A stretch of DNA of 63,956 nt, counting the filler, from Collodictyon triciliatum (lineage: Eukaryota), in NCBI GenBank assembly GCA_043381765.1. It is 6 parts of 6 records of this genome, joined end to end, with 100 filler letters (N's around TTAATTAATTAA, not from the genome) between each part and the next. Parts side by side here need not be neighbours in the genome. Positions count along the whole stretch, not along the records: positions 44,331 to 55,312 come from JBHJMP010002516.1; positions 55,413 to 63,956 come from JBHJMP010002539.1; 4 more parts are not named here. One strand, given 5' to 3'. Shown here piece by piece: positions 52,301 to 63,956 of this stretch. Under the pieces are notes generated by a model that made no database searches, was not told the DNA's origin, and saw nothing but the letters and a program-made list of their open reading frames with translations. Numbering within the stretch: position 1 is the first letter of the stretch; every line of letters starts with the position of its first letter. A program made the position numbers and the translations under genes.

Positions 52301-53330
52301 CGAATGGAAATACGAGCAAATGAAGATTGGAGCTTCTTTTTTTTTTCTTCCTTTTTTTTATTTTTATAATGATTGTGTGAAATTTTTTGAATGAAAGTGA
52401 ATATAATTTGGAGCAAATTTATTTTACAACCAAGGACGACAAAGGGTGCGTAGCGATTGTAATATTCGGACTACCGCCATGTCCGCACGAAGGTTAGTTT
52501 TGCAGCGGATTGTTATTCAAGAAATTCTTATCAGGAGAATGCTAGTACATATAGAAAAGATGTATTTCAAAGGATTTGAATTGTATTTAAATTTGAATAT
52601 GGCACGCATCAGAATATGCAACGATGGGGGTGATGGCGGGGCTCGAAATCCAAGCAAAGTTAAGTGAGAATGGAATATGTAGCTCGATTGGAGGAACAAC
52701 TGGGAAAGCATTCTGTGGTGTGATTGGAAGTGATATTCGAAGGTAAGGGAGACACAAGATGGAAAATGAATATTCCGAGTCAAATCCAGGTGTCGTGAAT
52801 ACTTCAGAGGATTGCTGATTATTTTCAACTTGCCATCCATTTAATAATTCTAATATCCAAATATTCAAATATTGGGCGACTGACTGGTTAATGGACACAC
52901 TTGATTGGGTTTACAGAGACTATGCGATTGTTGGGGGTAAGGATTCTATCTCGCATCAAGTTTCGGACCTGGACATTCCATTTTTCACAGAACATATGCG
53001 TATATGAAGTGCCTCTTGTGGGCGATGAAGATTTCGCGCCGACCATATATGTTGAGGTTATATGCCCATTTATATTTTATCGACACACAACATTGTGTAG
53101 ATGTGGTGAATCTCAGTGCTCGACTGATGGCATCGAGTAAAAATGTGTTTGTATGTGATGGAAATACGATGGAAAGAGCAAAATCAACAGTCGACTTCGA
53201 AGCGCTGGCACCAGTCAAGGCAAGTGGGATTCAGCATCATAATATTTGGATAATTGGTTGATTAGGTGACTGACTGACTGACTGATTGACTGACGGATTG
53301 ACTGACTGATTGACTGATTGACTGACTGAC

Positions 53331-53386
<56 letters not shown>

Positions 53387-55107
53387 ATCGGACGTAGGTC
53401 AAAGGGAAATCGAATGCCGTTCAAATATACAAACCAATCAAGGTTAAACAGACGGCAAAGTGCAAAGAGATATCGCAGGAACGCGCGGTGGATATCATTG
53501 CACGAGACCAAGAAAAAGCAGCAATCCAGAACGAAATCGAATGTCTTGTCGCGCAAAAGGTACGATTTACGAAATGCTTTTGTGTGGGGTGGAACAAAGG
53601 CAAGCATTACCTTTTTTTTCTTTATTTTATGAGGGATGCCAGGGAGATATCATTTAAAAACAGCACCGCATACTTTGCACTTATTTTTCGATTATATCAG
53701 CTGTCTAATTGCCCACCACTTTTGCTTTGCATTTCACTACCAAATATGCGACACCGTGCCGTCTTGCGACTGGGGTGAATTAGAAAGGGAGAGTCAAGCT
53801 TGTCTTAGGTGAAGCTGGGCTGGGGAAATCAGCGCTGATATCGCATGTGGAAGTGACCTGCAAAGACCAAGAAGTTCCTGTGTTTGTCGGGTTTGCCGGG
53901 GCGATTGAGCGCAATACCACCTTTTTTATTTGGAAATCCGTGTTCAGACTGTTGTACATAGCAAGCATGGAAGAAGGGAGGGTGTTGGATGAAGTGGAGT
54001 ACGTGAACGAGTTGATTGAGAAGTCCACACTGGAAAATGTAACATCCTCTTTCCAAGCCCATTTCTCACCAACTTCTCACCTTCGATGAACAACGTGAAT
54101 CATGAGCCAAATGACAATGCCTGCTATGGTATTTTTTTCCCTGATGGATTCCTTGATTTGAAAGGTGTACGGAATGAGCAAGGAGCGTCTTGTGTCGTAC
54201 ATTCCCCTTCTTGGAGAAATCTACGGAATCAATATCGAAGATAACCAAATCACGAAAAATATGGATGGGCAGCAACGAGGCGAGAATCTTGGAAAGCTGC
54301 TTGTGTATCTGATTCAGATATTGGTAAATAGGCTTGAAAGAGAGTACTGCGCTATTATCTTGGAGGATGCGCATTGGTGAGTTTCTTCTTTTTTTCTTCT
54401 TGTAACACCCTGCCTCCGAACGTTGGGTCAGAACCTCTTTGTTGGAGTGACGGACAGGATATAATGACTGTGAGTCGATTTATCATCTCATGTAATTGAA
54501 TCCTTTTCGATGCATCAGGATGGACTCAGCGTCATGGGCTCTTGTTGTGGAGATAGCCAAGCACATAGACAACATTTCGATGTTTATATCATCGCGGTAC
54601 CCGATGGAATCTCCCAGCACACACTTTAAGAAGGCAAGATTTCTCTGCTTTTAGAGTTTTGACACAGACGAATGAAGAATGGAATGAATTTGGTTTACAA
54701 TTGAATGCATCTTTATTCTTGCGATGCAGATGATGGAGCTTGAGCGATGCGACAGAATGATACTCGAGCCACTCGACAAGCAGGCAGAGGTATTGTTTGT
54801 GTGCCGCAAACTGGGAATTACCGAAGGAGGAATACCAGGGGAGATGGCAGAGATTCTGAAGGGACGGGCATCGGGAAATCCATTCTATATCGAAGGTTCG
54901 CAATGATAGCAGATGCTTTTTTTGTTGAATCGTTTTGTCTCCAAGGCTGTGAGGGATGTATGTAACTGGAGAAAAATCATGAACATAGAGCTTGCGTATG
55001 CCATCAAAGACAGCGGGGCCATCGAAGTGAAGGAGGGGGTATGCAGCATATCTAAGGGGTGCGGAAGCTTGAAGGATATCAAGTGGCCAGACTCTGTGGA
55101 AGGAATG
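49381..55107 (+). CDS. Soluble adenylyl-cyclase (ADCY10) family nucleotidyl cyclase with two catalytic domains and a P-loop NTPase, most like Dictyostelium soluble guanylyl cyclase; 3' end cut off
   Basis: C1 VILFVDISGFTPLSE...GAEEL...GDVLAFAGDA; C2 YLRQFLIDDKG...FGLPP, FCGVIGSDIRRDYAIVGDVVNLSARLM, VKGKS; Walker A GEAGLGKS, Walker B IILEDAHWMDSASW; GNPFYIE. Confidence 0.92.
53267..53384. repeat. Intronic (TGAC/TGAT)n inside a GC-AG intron
   Basis: Read directly. Confidence 0.92.
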
Positions 55108-55312
55108 GTAGTGCCAAATAGAGAAAAAAAGAGTAGTTAAAAAGGGAATAGTAAAAAAGAGAACAATAAAAAAGAGAACAATAAAAAAGAGAACAATAAA
55201 AAAGAGAACAATAAAAAAAGAGAATAATAAAAAAAGAGAATAATAAAAAAAGAGAATAATAAAAAAAGAGAATAATAAAAAAAGAGAATAATAAAAAAAG
55301 AGAATAATAAAA

Positions 55313-55412
55313 NNNNNNNNNNNNNNNNNNNNNNNNNNNNNNNNNNNNNNNNNNNNTTAATTAATTAANNNNNNNNNNNNNNNNNNNNNNNNNNNNNNNN
55401 NNNNNNNNNNNN
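55313..55412. other. Artificial contig spacer
   Basis: 44 N + TTAATTAATTAA + 44 N. Confidence 0.97.
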
Positions 55413-55533
55413 AAAAAAAAAAAAAAAAAAAATAGATAGATTATTTTAGTAAAAAAAAAAAAAAAAAAAAAATGGGAAAAAAGGGGGGGGGGGGGAATAG
55501 TGATGATATGAAAAGAAAAAATACAAATCTCAC

Positions 55534-58502
55534 CTGATTTAGAAGTCTCCGCATAGTAAAGGTAGCATAGAAATATGGTAAAGCCTATGGAACCAACAAT
55601 TAATGTTGAGTTTGTAGCTCCTTTGTTGCATTTCACACACGATCTTCCTTGAATTCCGAACCCGGTTTGGCATTTAGAACATACATGACCTTCATAACCT
55701 TCTTCGCACAGTTTAGAGATTTCAACCGACTTGTTCGATTGTGAAATTTTATCGGGGATAATTACGTTGCAGGAATCTGGCTTCGGACATGGTAGTATGG
55801 CTTTGATTGCTGCAACACTTGGCGAAGCATAGCAATATTTTAGGGATATTCCGTCCATACACTCACAATTTTTAGGGCATTTGACGCAAACATTCCTAAA
55901 TCCAAAATATCCAGGCAAACATTTGCAAAGTTCAAACTCGTAATATTTTGGATTCAAAATAACTTTCATATCTATCAAACCCGATCTCGACATTATTGAA
56001 GGACAAAGGTACAGTTTTGACTCGTCTTCCAAACTAAAAAACATGCTATGGCTCATGAAGTCAGGAAGAAAGTTTGATCTTTCATGGCTCATAGTCGTGG
56101 AATTCAGGCCTAAATATTCCATCTTTTTAAAACGGCTGTAAGATTCTGGAATACTACCAGCTATTGGGTTCCCAGAAAGTTCCAAATAATTCCATTTCGG
56201 TAAAGACGTAACTTCATCCAGCTTTGTTAGCTGGTTATTTTTTAAACTAAGTATTTTCAAGTCTTTAATATAGTCAAAAATTCTCCAATTCAAAGGCCCA
56301 TAAAGATTGTTGTCATCTAGCAAAAGACTCTCATAATGATAGTTGTAAGAACCAGACTCAGGTCTAACGAATGTGCTAATATCACCAAAGAACTTATTTG
56401 CTCTCAAATTAATGTTAATAAGATTCGGAAGATTCCAAAATCTATCAGGCATAGGCCCAAAAAAATTGTTTTGGGATAGTGTGAGCGATTTTAATTCATA
56501 AAAATCCTGAAAGTATTTTGGAATAGTACCATTCATTTGATTCCTAGATAAATCAATATATCCAATAAGTGAAGCATCAAAATTCCTGGGAATGGAACCC
56601 TCGATTTGGTTTTCACTAACATCCAGTCTGATCAAATTTGGAAGGGAGAATGAAGGCAATGTGCCAGTCAAGCGGTTCCGAAACAATACTATATGACTCA
56701 AGGTTGTACAAATATTGAAATTTGGAAGATATCCTTTCAGCTTATTGTCAGAAGCATAGAAATATGTCATATATGTGAGATTCCTAAAGTTTGGAATCGT
56801 CCCTGCATTAAAAATATCAGAAGAATTCTTAAATTTCATGGTCAATTATCATCACCTGTGAGTAGGTTACTATCTACGGCCACCAATTCAGCAATCGAGA
56901 TCTTATTTAGTAAGGGAATCTTTCCTAATGTATTGATTACATTTAATTAAAATGCAAATGCCATGACAAAAAAGTTCATATTTACCATCTAATTCATTCC
57001 CAAAGAGGTAAAGAACCCAAACAATTGGAATATTACTAAAGTTTGGTATTGTACCTAGTTTCAATCATATTAAGTGTAATGCATATCAAAAATGATAAAG
57101 AGCAGAAAATTATATCGGATCATTTCTACGTACTTCAGAATAAAACAAACCATTAATTTTGCTCTCATATATTCCCAAGAGCTGTATATTTGGTAGTGAA
57201 GAAAAATCGGGCAAGGTCCCTACACATGACCATAAGGTTGTAATTAAAGTTTTTACATGTGTAAAACATGAAAAAAAGAAAAAGAAAAAGACAAAAAAAA
57301 AAAAGGAAACCTGAAATATCATCACTTAGTCCAATCCATAGAGTGTTCGTTGATGAGATTCCAGAGAAATCAGGAATATCTCCGGTCAACATATTTCCAT
57401 CTATTTCTAGATTAAGAATATTTGGTATTCCCTGAAAGTTTGGAATTGTGCCACTTATTTGATTCACATATATATTTAAGGACACGATATTGGGTAAGTT
57501 AAAGTCTGGGAGGGCCCCATAAACAAAATTATAATTCAAATTCAGCACAGACAAATACGAAAGCTTTTCGAATATTGGGGTTGAGTGTTCAATGTCTCCA
57601 TGAAGATTATTTTTTGGCATACGAATTCCCACGACTGGACATGAGTTGCTCTACGAAATAATATAATAATATTTCAGAATACTTTCAAAAATAACCTCTA
57701 TTTATTTATTTATTTATTTAAAAAAAAAAGTGACCTCATATGTCTCGCTGGTACATCTTTCATCACAATATATTCCAAACCAATTACAGACTGGGACACT
57801 ATCATTATTCCATCCATAATTATTGATCCAATTATCACCATCAAAAAGATTGTATAATTGAACGAGAAGTTGATACTGTTTCGGCACTATTTCGCTTATA
57901 TCTTCATCACCTCTTATATCTTTTGATTCATATTCCATGTATTTCTTTGTTTTTGGTAATAAACGGGTTCTATAAGCATCTTTATCTCCTGGCAATTCAC
58001 TTTCAAAGTTCCAATTTCGGTTATTTCTATTCCGAAGGTTGATGCCTTTGTCAAGGTAATCATTATGTGCATGATAACCATGTGTAAATCCATACTGATT
58101 TTCTTCCGATGACATATTTAGACAAGTTTCATCATACAAACTAATCAGTATTTTTAAAGCATCTTCTGGTTTCATCGATAGCAGTTCATCTCTTGAATGC
58201 CTGCAACTGATATTTTCAATTTTATTTTAGGTGATGAAATGATACATATTTTATACTTTTAGATACCTTTGAGGTGGTTGAAGAGATGCCGTGGATATTA
58301 TCATAATAGTGATCATTACGAAAGTAGCTAAAGGCGTCAAATTTCTAAATTGTTTGGCGATTAATCAAGAAAAAACGGAATTTATTTATAAACACAATAA
58401 AATGAAAATAATTATGGAAATACTTTGAAAAAAAAGGGTGGAAAATAGATTTGAATACTTTTTGAAGGGAAGGTTTGCATTCCATATTTTATTGACCAAC
58501 AT
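55534..58502 (-). CDS. Cell-surface LRR protein: hydrophobic N-terminus, LRR N-cap, extracellular-type LRRs, Cys-rich repeats, TM helix; 3' end cut off
   Basis: LATFVMITIMIISTA; LVQLYNLFDGDNW...W....PVCNWFGIYC; repeats LxxLxLxxNxLxGxIP; CKCLPGYFG...CVKCP, CEEGYEGHVCSKCQTGF; TM LIVGSIGFTIFLCYLYY followed by a GTGAGA donor. Confidence 0.88.
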
Positions 58503-61500
58503 GCTACTCTCTTGGCCGCAGCTATTAGGGTAGTTTAGAATTTGAATATTTCTTGGGCGTTTGATTTGCATACATCATATAGGTATATGGTAAATTAATC
58601 ATCTTCATGGGAGCTTTGCATATAAAAGAGAAAGAATCTTGTATAATTGAAGTAAATATAGATTGATGTCCAATTATTTAATTTTTTAAAAGGAAACATT
58701 TATGGCTGAATGAAGATAATCTGAGTGGAATCATACTTCAGACCCTAAAATAATCCTATGAGATGATCTGTGGATTCAAAGAAACCAACATTAGATTTGA
58801 AAAGAAATCCATTTATCACTGGGGTAGAATATGTAAAACAAGTGTACAAAATTTCTCCTTTGGAGTTTCAAACACAATTTGAGGTATAGAATTCGCCTCT
58901 ACGCCTTAGTTTATGTCAAAAATTTTAATACGATATAGATGTGTTTTCTATTATTTGATTCAATTTGAGCTGAAAATTCAAGACATATGTAACTATTACA
59001 TATAAATTCAGTGTCAGCGTAAATAAATGTTTATCAATTTCAACTATTAATGGTATATTTTCTCAAAAGAAATCAGTAAAATAGACAATAGTAATACTAA
59101 ATATTGTATTGGTACTATTACTGTATTTGAATGCTCAATATATATTCCAAAAAATTATAATGGTATGTCTATAGCGAAGAGGTAAAATAATAATGAAGAT
59201 AGAGGTTAAACATAAATCGATTTGTGGGCAAAGATTGCCGTCCTTTTAATGAATAAATTAGCCGGAATTTCATTCATTGAAGTGTGTATAACTTGATCTA
59301 AAAATTAATTTATCAAACATGTTAAATTCATGTGTATTGAGCAATAAATAGTATAAGACAAAATAAAAAAACAGTAAATTCAGTCATATTTAACCAACTA
59401 GATATAAACCATTGTTGTCAAAGTGTAAAGCGTAGAAAATTTCATAAATCTATGAGTCCTGGTCTAATATAAATGTAGAAATTGGAATACTAACGATAGT
59501 TATGATAATATAGGATATGACTAAAAATATTGAAAAGTTAATCGAATAACTTCTACTTTGCGATTAGAATCAGAGCCGGTTTTTTCTCCTTTATCCCATT
59601 CAAATTAAAACTAAAATTAAAATATAATAATGTAAATCAGCAATGGTATGTAATTATACTTGCAACTTTTCGCCACTGGTGCATGATTCTAGAAAATGAA
59701 GCAGTGGGGTTTATGGCTCATTCACTCGGTTTATTCTTACTAATTAGCCTTTTCAACCAAAATTTTATGTGACCATTTCGATATTTTATTTATATTCTCT
59801 TCTTTTTGTAATTCAAAAATCTCTATTTCAAAAAGAAAAAAAAAAGGAAAAATATAGAGTATTTCTTTATATTAGACATAAACACTTCAATATTTTATTT
59901 ATCACAAAAATTTTCTGATTTCATTTATTTATGTAAATAGATAAATATTACAGGGGGTTAACATTATATTAGAACCATTGAGATGACTTCATTTTAATAT
60001 TCAGCCAATCAAAATATCGGTCATTGTGTATGATTGAAATGTTATTAACTTGTTTTTATTTTATCATGCCGAATAAACTGAAAAGAAACCGAAAAAAATT
60101 GTTTGCATTTTTGATTTATCAATACCAAAAAGTAAGAAAATCAACTTCAATTCTAATATGCGTAAGAATGCATCGTACCTTCGATTAACATCAAATACTG
60201 TTGGCCGATATCAATATATTTACTGAAATTTCTTAGGTCAACTTATTATACCATATCTTAAACAGAATAATAGATAGCAAATTCTACCTGTGCAATTTAA
60301 ATATTAAAAATATGACGAGATAAATGAATTTTTGACCATACTAATGGCTGCAATTATTTGGAGCGATTTATTTTTAAAAATCAGAATTGTCTATTGCACA
60401 TCATAGAGAAAATTGAATACGAAAGATGGTTCGGTAAGTAGAAAAATAACCGTGAGGAAATTCTGTAGTATACCTCCATGAAGTGATGAAAACAAATAAA
60501 TAACCCATGTCACGTAGCTTTTCTGGTTTCATTAAAAATGAGCGGCGATTCATTTCACATTTTTCCGAATTTATTGTGATGAAATTAACGAGAAAACATA
60601 AAAATAGTCGACTATTAAATATTGCAGTTCTTAAAATTGTTTAACTGAATAGAAAATGAACAAAAGTGGTATGCTCATCGATTGGAGAGGGAAAGTAGTA
60701 TATAAATAAGTATTAACAAAAATTCTAGAAAAGGTTTTCTTGATTTTATTTCATTTGATAAATAATCAAGTAAATGGCAGCCTCCTAACCACACATATTC
60801 CTCAATATCTCATCATATTTATTGACACAGCTGGAGTTCTTTATTCAACAATCATAGTCTAATAAATGCAAAAATATGGATCGCTCTCAAAAATAATACT
60901 ATAGGAAATATTTAATTTTTTAATTTTTAAACGCCCTAAGACACCATCTATTTCGATATCTATGTTGATTCGATGGGATACTACATGGACATAAGAATAT
61001 GCCATCGTCGTTATAGAATTCTTTAAACAAAACAAAACAAAAAAAGCAGTGAAAATTTTTTTAGTTGGAATAGGAATATGAATGGGAATGATAGTAGTAA
61101 ATGAAAACAGTTCTAACCCGGGTGAGCTTACGTCCGTGTAATTCCATTCTCCAAGTTATATCTTCCAATTAGTCTCTAGACCATCTCCTGTGTCCCTCAC
61201 TTGAGCCAGCGTTGCCAAAACAACAACCCTCCCTGAGTGATTTGACCGAAACGAAGATTAGTGACACGGCGGCTGCTATTGCTCCTGTTGGCCCCTGATG
61301 TGATCGTCTTAATATGCAACTTCCGCGCATAAAGTACGGGCGCTAGACTTACCCTTCAATAATCCTAGTATTTGTGTCATCCCCATGAGCTTTCGGCAGT
61401 CTTGCTTACCCTCCTTCTATTTCTTTTCTTCTTCTTTTTTTCTTTTTTCCCCTTATTCCTTTTTCTTCTTTCTCTTATGCGTCTGCTTCGTGGGTTGTCT

Positions 61501-62572
61501 CGATTCGATCAGGTTGTGAGCAGCGGGCGAGCGACGATGCAAAATAAGATGAAAAAGTTTCTTTCCCTTATCTGGAATGTAAATATCTGTGCTTTTTTTT
61601 TTAGTTGACCCGCAAGATGCTCCTTCGTCTTGCTCCTCGTGCAAAATAACGGCCGCCAAGAAGTACGGGAAACAACAACAAACAGGCAAAATGAGAAGAA
61701 TAGAAGCACAATATGTTCCCTCGCCTGGTTATTTCCATTGCGCAGATTCTCATTTAGTTAAAAGGGGCGCTCAGTCAGATGCTGTAAATACAGGTCTGAA
61801 CAAACTTCCTGCATCGCTTTTGCCTTAGATGTCGTCATCAGCCAAGAATCAAATCACCATAATCCAGTGCGCTGAAATTCTAGTATATTTTCATCAACAA
61901 GCAATCACGCGAGGCCGTTTCTATGGACTATGTAGACAGCACGCATAGACTCACGCAAAGCAAGAAACAACAACCAGCCACCTATTCCTGGCAATAGACT
62001 GAATGATGCCATACAAATCTCTTCCCTCACCAGCTTCCTTCGCCACCTGCAGGTTCTCTACTACTCAGACCCTGTGAGAAGGGTGATGTGGAAAGAGGGT
62101 GACGAAAAGCTTAAACCCCGTCTTACTTCTCTCATGCAAGCACAAGACCCAGGCTGCAGGCCAGACCGCAGGATGCAATTACTGATTACTGGCTACTTCT
62201 CTATCCGGCCACCAAGTAGCGTTAGTGCAAATGATGGCTAGCTACTTATCGAAGAATAAATCTTCTCGGTTTGCAAAATCATAAAGAACATTAGAGATGG
62301 TACAAAAATTTGTGATGTGTACCTATTACAACCCTTAAAGAAAATATCTTGTTATTATTCAATTACATTTATAGAACTTGCCAGCAGATTTTAACCAAAA
62401 TTACAGGAAAAAATCTCGTAGTATGATAATTTCATGATTTTAAGTACTTGTTCAGTAGCTCGAGGTGCAAAGGATAGATATAGATGAAATGAGTAGATAA
62501 TTTGAATCGAATACAAAAAGGGTGTGTGGAAATGGCAGAAAATTATTTGATTGTATTCCTCCATTTATGAAT

Positions 62573-63781
62573 TTACTTCCATTCACACATAACCACCGAA
62601 TGATCGAGGTAGTTTGCATAATAGAAGTTCCCGTTAGGTGAGAATGCGATGCCGAGAGCATACGTAGCATTCATAGAGCCCAACCGAGTGCCCTCCTTGG
62701 CATAAAACCGAACCTCAGACTGTGACCAATCGCTAATCGCAAATCCATTCTTTGGTCCACGGCACATATCTACTGATGGTGTTCCATATGAACATTGGTC
62801 GACAATCATCGAGCGTATATACGCTCCATCATTACTCAACACATGTACTATATTTCCACCACAGCAAAGAACAAGAAGCTCGTTTTCGTGGTTGAATGCG
62901 ACTGCCTCTGGCTGTTCGATGCGAATGCTTGTTTCCGTCGTACAAGGATTCGGCATTGTGCAAACATTGCTCTGAATGATGTGTTTGACATACTCTCCTG
63001 TCGGACTCAGTTTGATTAAGTCTCCTGCAGTTGTGTCCGCCACATAGATAAAGCCATCTCGGTCAAAGTCCACCATGTGGACATATTGCAAAGCTATCTG
63101 AGGATGCGTAGTACGGCTGATGACACGAGTTCGACGGTGGTATCGGTCGAATAGATGAATTTCACTATTTCCTGTGCAAGTGACAGCGATTATCTCACCA
63201 TCTGCTGAGATTGCGATGCCCCATGGCATTGCTAGATTTCCTGGGACAAGGTCTGTGATGACTTCTTCGTGTTTGTGAGATTTTAAATTGGTATTTCCGA
63301 AGCTGCACAGATAATGTAGATCTTTGTTATAGACTCGAATCACATTGTTTTCTTGGTCGACAACATAAACGTTATGAGTCTTTGGATGCACATCGAGGCC
63401 ATATGAGTATCGAAGTCGTGGTGATTCTGTTGGCTCTGATTTTTGGCGTTGTTCCATGCTACTAACATCTCCTGGGATAGTTAGAAATGCAGAGCCATAG
63501 ATATACTCTGGCTCCATCTTTGGCGGGATGGACAGGGATGTTGGGAGCTGCATATAGACAAACATCTCCTTTTGGATTGACAAAAATGCTTCAGACAAGG
63601 ATGTTGGAATGACAGAGGCGAGTGTGAAGTGGGCGTTGTGCACAAACAATGGCGTGATACGGGTGATGTGTGTTGGGGGGCGGATTGAGGCTGCTATGCG
63701 GAGTGTGTGTTGGCGAGCGACAGTGGCGCACTTTTCAGCATCTCCAAGGGTTTTGAGAGTGGGTGCACGGACTTTCTCGAA
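62573..63781 (-). CDS. NHL-repeat beta-propeller protein (long terminal exon; upstream exons not seen)
   Basis: YSYGLDVHP...VYVVDQENNVIRVY, LAMPWGIAIS, DGFIYVADT, QPEAVAFN, AISDWSQSEVRFY, ALGIAFSPNG; the frame stays open upstream of 63649 to a CTCAG acceptor at about 63782. Confidence 0.85.
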   Translation of the reverse strand, partial: FEKVRAPTLKTLGDAEKCATVARQHTLRIAASIRPPTHITRITPLFVHNAHFTLASVIPTSLSEAFLSIQKEMFVYMQLPTSLSIPPKMEPEYIYGSAFLTIPGDVSSMEQRQKSEPTESPRLRYSYGLDVHPKTHNVYVVDQENNVIRVYNKDLHYLCSFGNTNLKSHKHEEVITDLVPGNLAMPWGIAISADGEIIAVTCTGNSEIHLFDRYHRRTRVISRTTHPQIALQYVHMVDFDRDGFIYVADTTAGDLIKLSPTGEYVKHIIQSNVCTMPNPCTTETSIRIEQPEAVAFNHENELLVLCCGGNIVHVLSNDGAYIRSMIVDQCSYGTPSVDMCRGPKNGFAISDWSQSEVRFYAKEGTRLGSMNATYALGIAFSPNGNFYYANYLDHSVVMCEWK

Positions 63782-63858
63782 CTGAGGAACAGACGGTTCC
63801 CAGAGGTATGATTGAGAAAGAAAACGTTGGCAAAATCAATCATTTGTCTATTTATACA

Positions 63859-63956
63859 ATAGAATAGAATAGAATAGAATAGAATAGAATAGAATAGAAT
63901 AGAATAGAATAGAATAGAATAGAATAGAATAGAATAGAATAGAATAGAATAGAATA
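63859..63956. repeat. (AATAG)n pentamer tract
   Basis: Read directly. Confidence 0.95.

Noticed and set aside
63859-63956. (AATAG)n as a telomere
   Set aside because: Not a G-rich telomere-type unit; resembles the other intronic microsatellites and probably lies in an intron of the NHL gene.

Overview
AT-rich, intron-dense eukaryotic (protist) DNA. The gene content (sgcA-type soluble cyclase, SH3-MyTH4-FERM tail, WAVE-complex homologues) fits an amoeboid or amoebozoan lineage, but this is inference. The window is not one locus. It is six sequence pieces (1-12566, 12667-23667, 23768-33628, 33729-44230, 44331-55312, 55413-63956) joined by an artificial 100-bp spacer (44 N + TTAATTAATTAA + 44 N). 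Most supplied ORFs are microsatellite or alternative-frame artefacts, so genes were rebuilt by hand from GT-AG/GC-AG exon chains. Genes found: a ubiquitin-like + probably inactive caspase-fold protein, ARMC8, PI4-kinase beta, a PH/coiled-coil protein, a TMEM41-like first exon, a myosin-VII-type tail, an H2A.X-like histone ending SQEH, an sAC-family cyclase with guanylyl-type residues, an LRR/Cys-rich/TM receptor, an NHL propeller, a decayed LINE-like ORF1 and an LRR pseudogene. The main finding is a highly divergent CYFIP/PIR121-like gene followed about 175 bp downstream, on the same strand, by a highly divergent NCKAP1/NAP1-like gene. This is a candidate clustered second WAVE-regulatory-complex core. 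All reference-protein comparisons were made by eye from memory and need confirmation by HMM or structure search.
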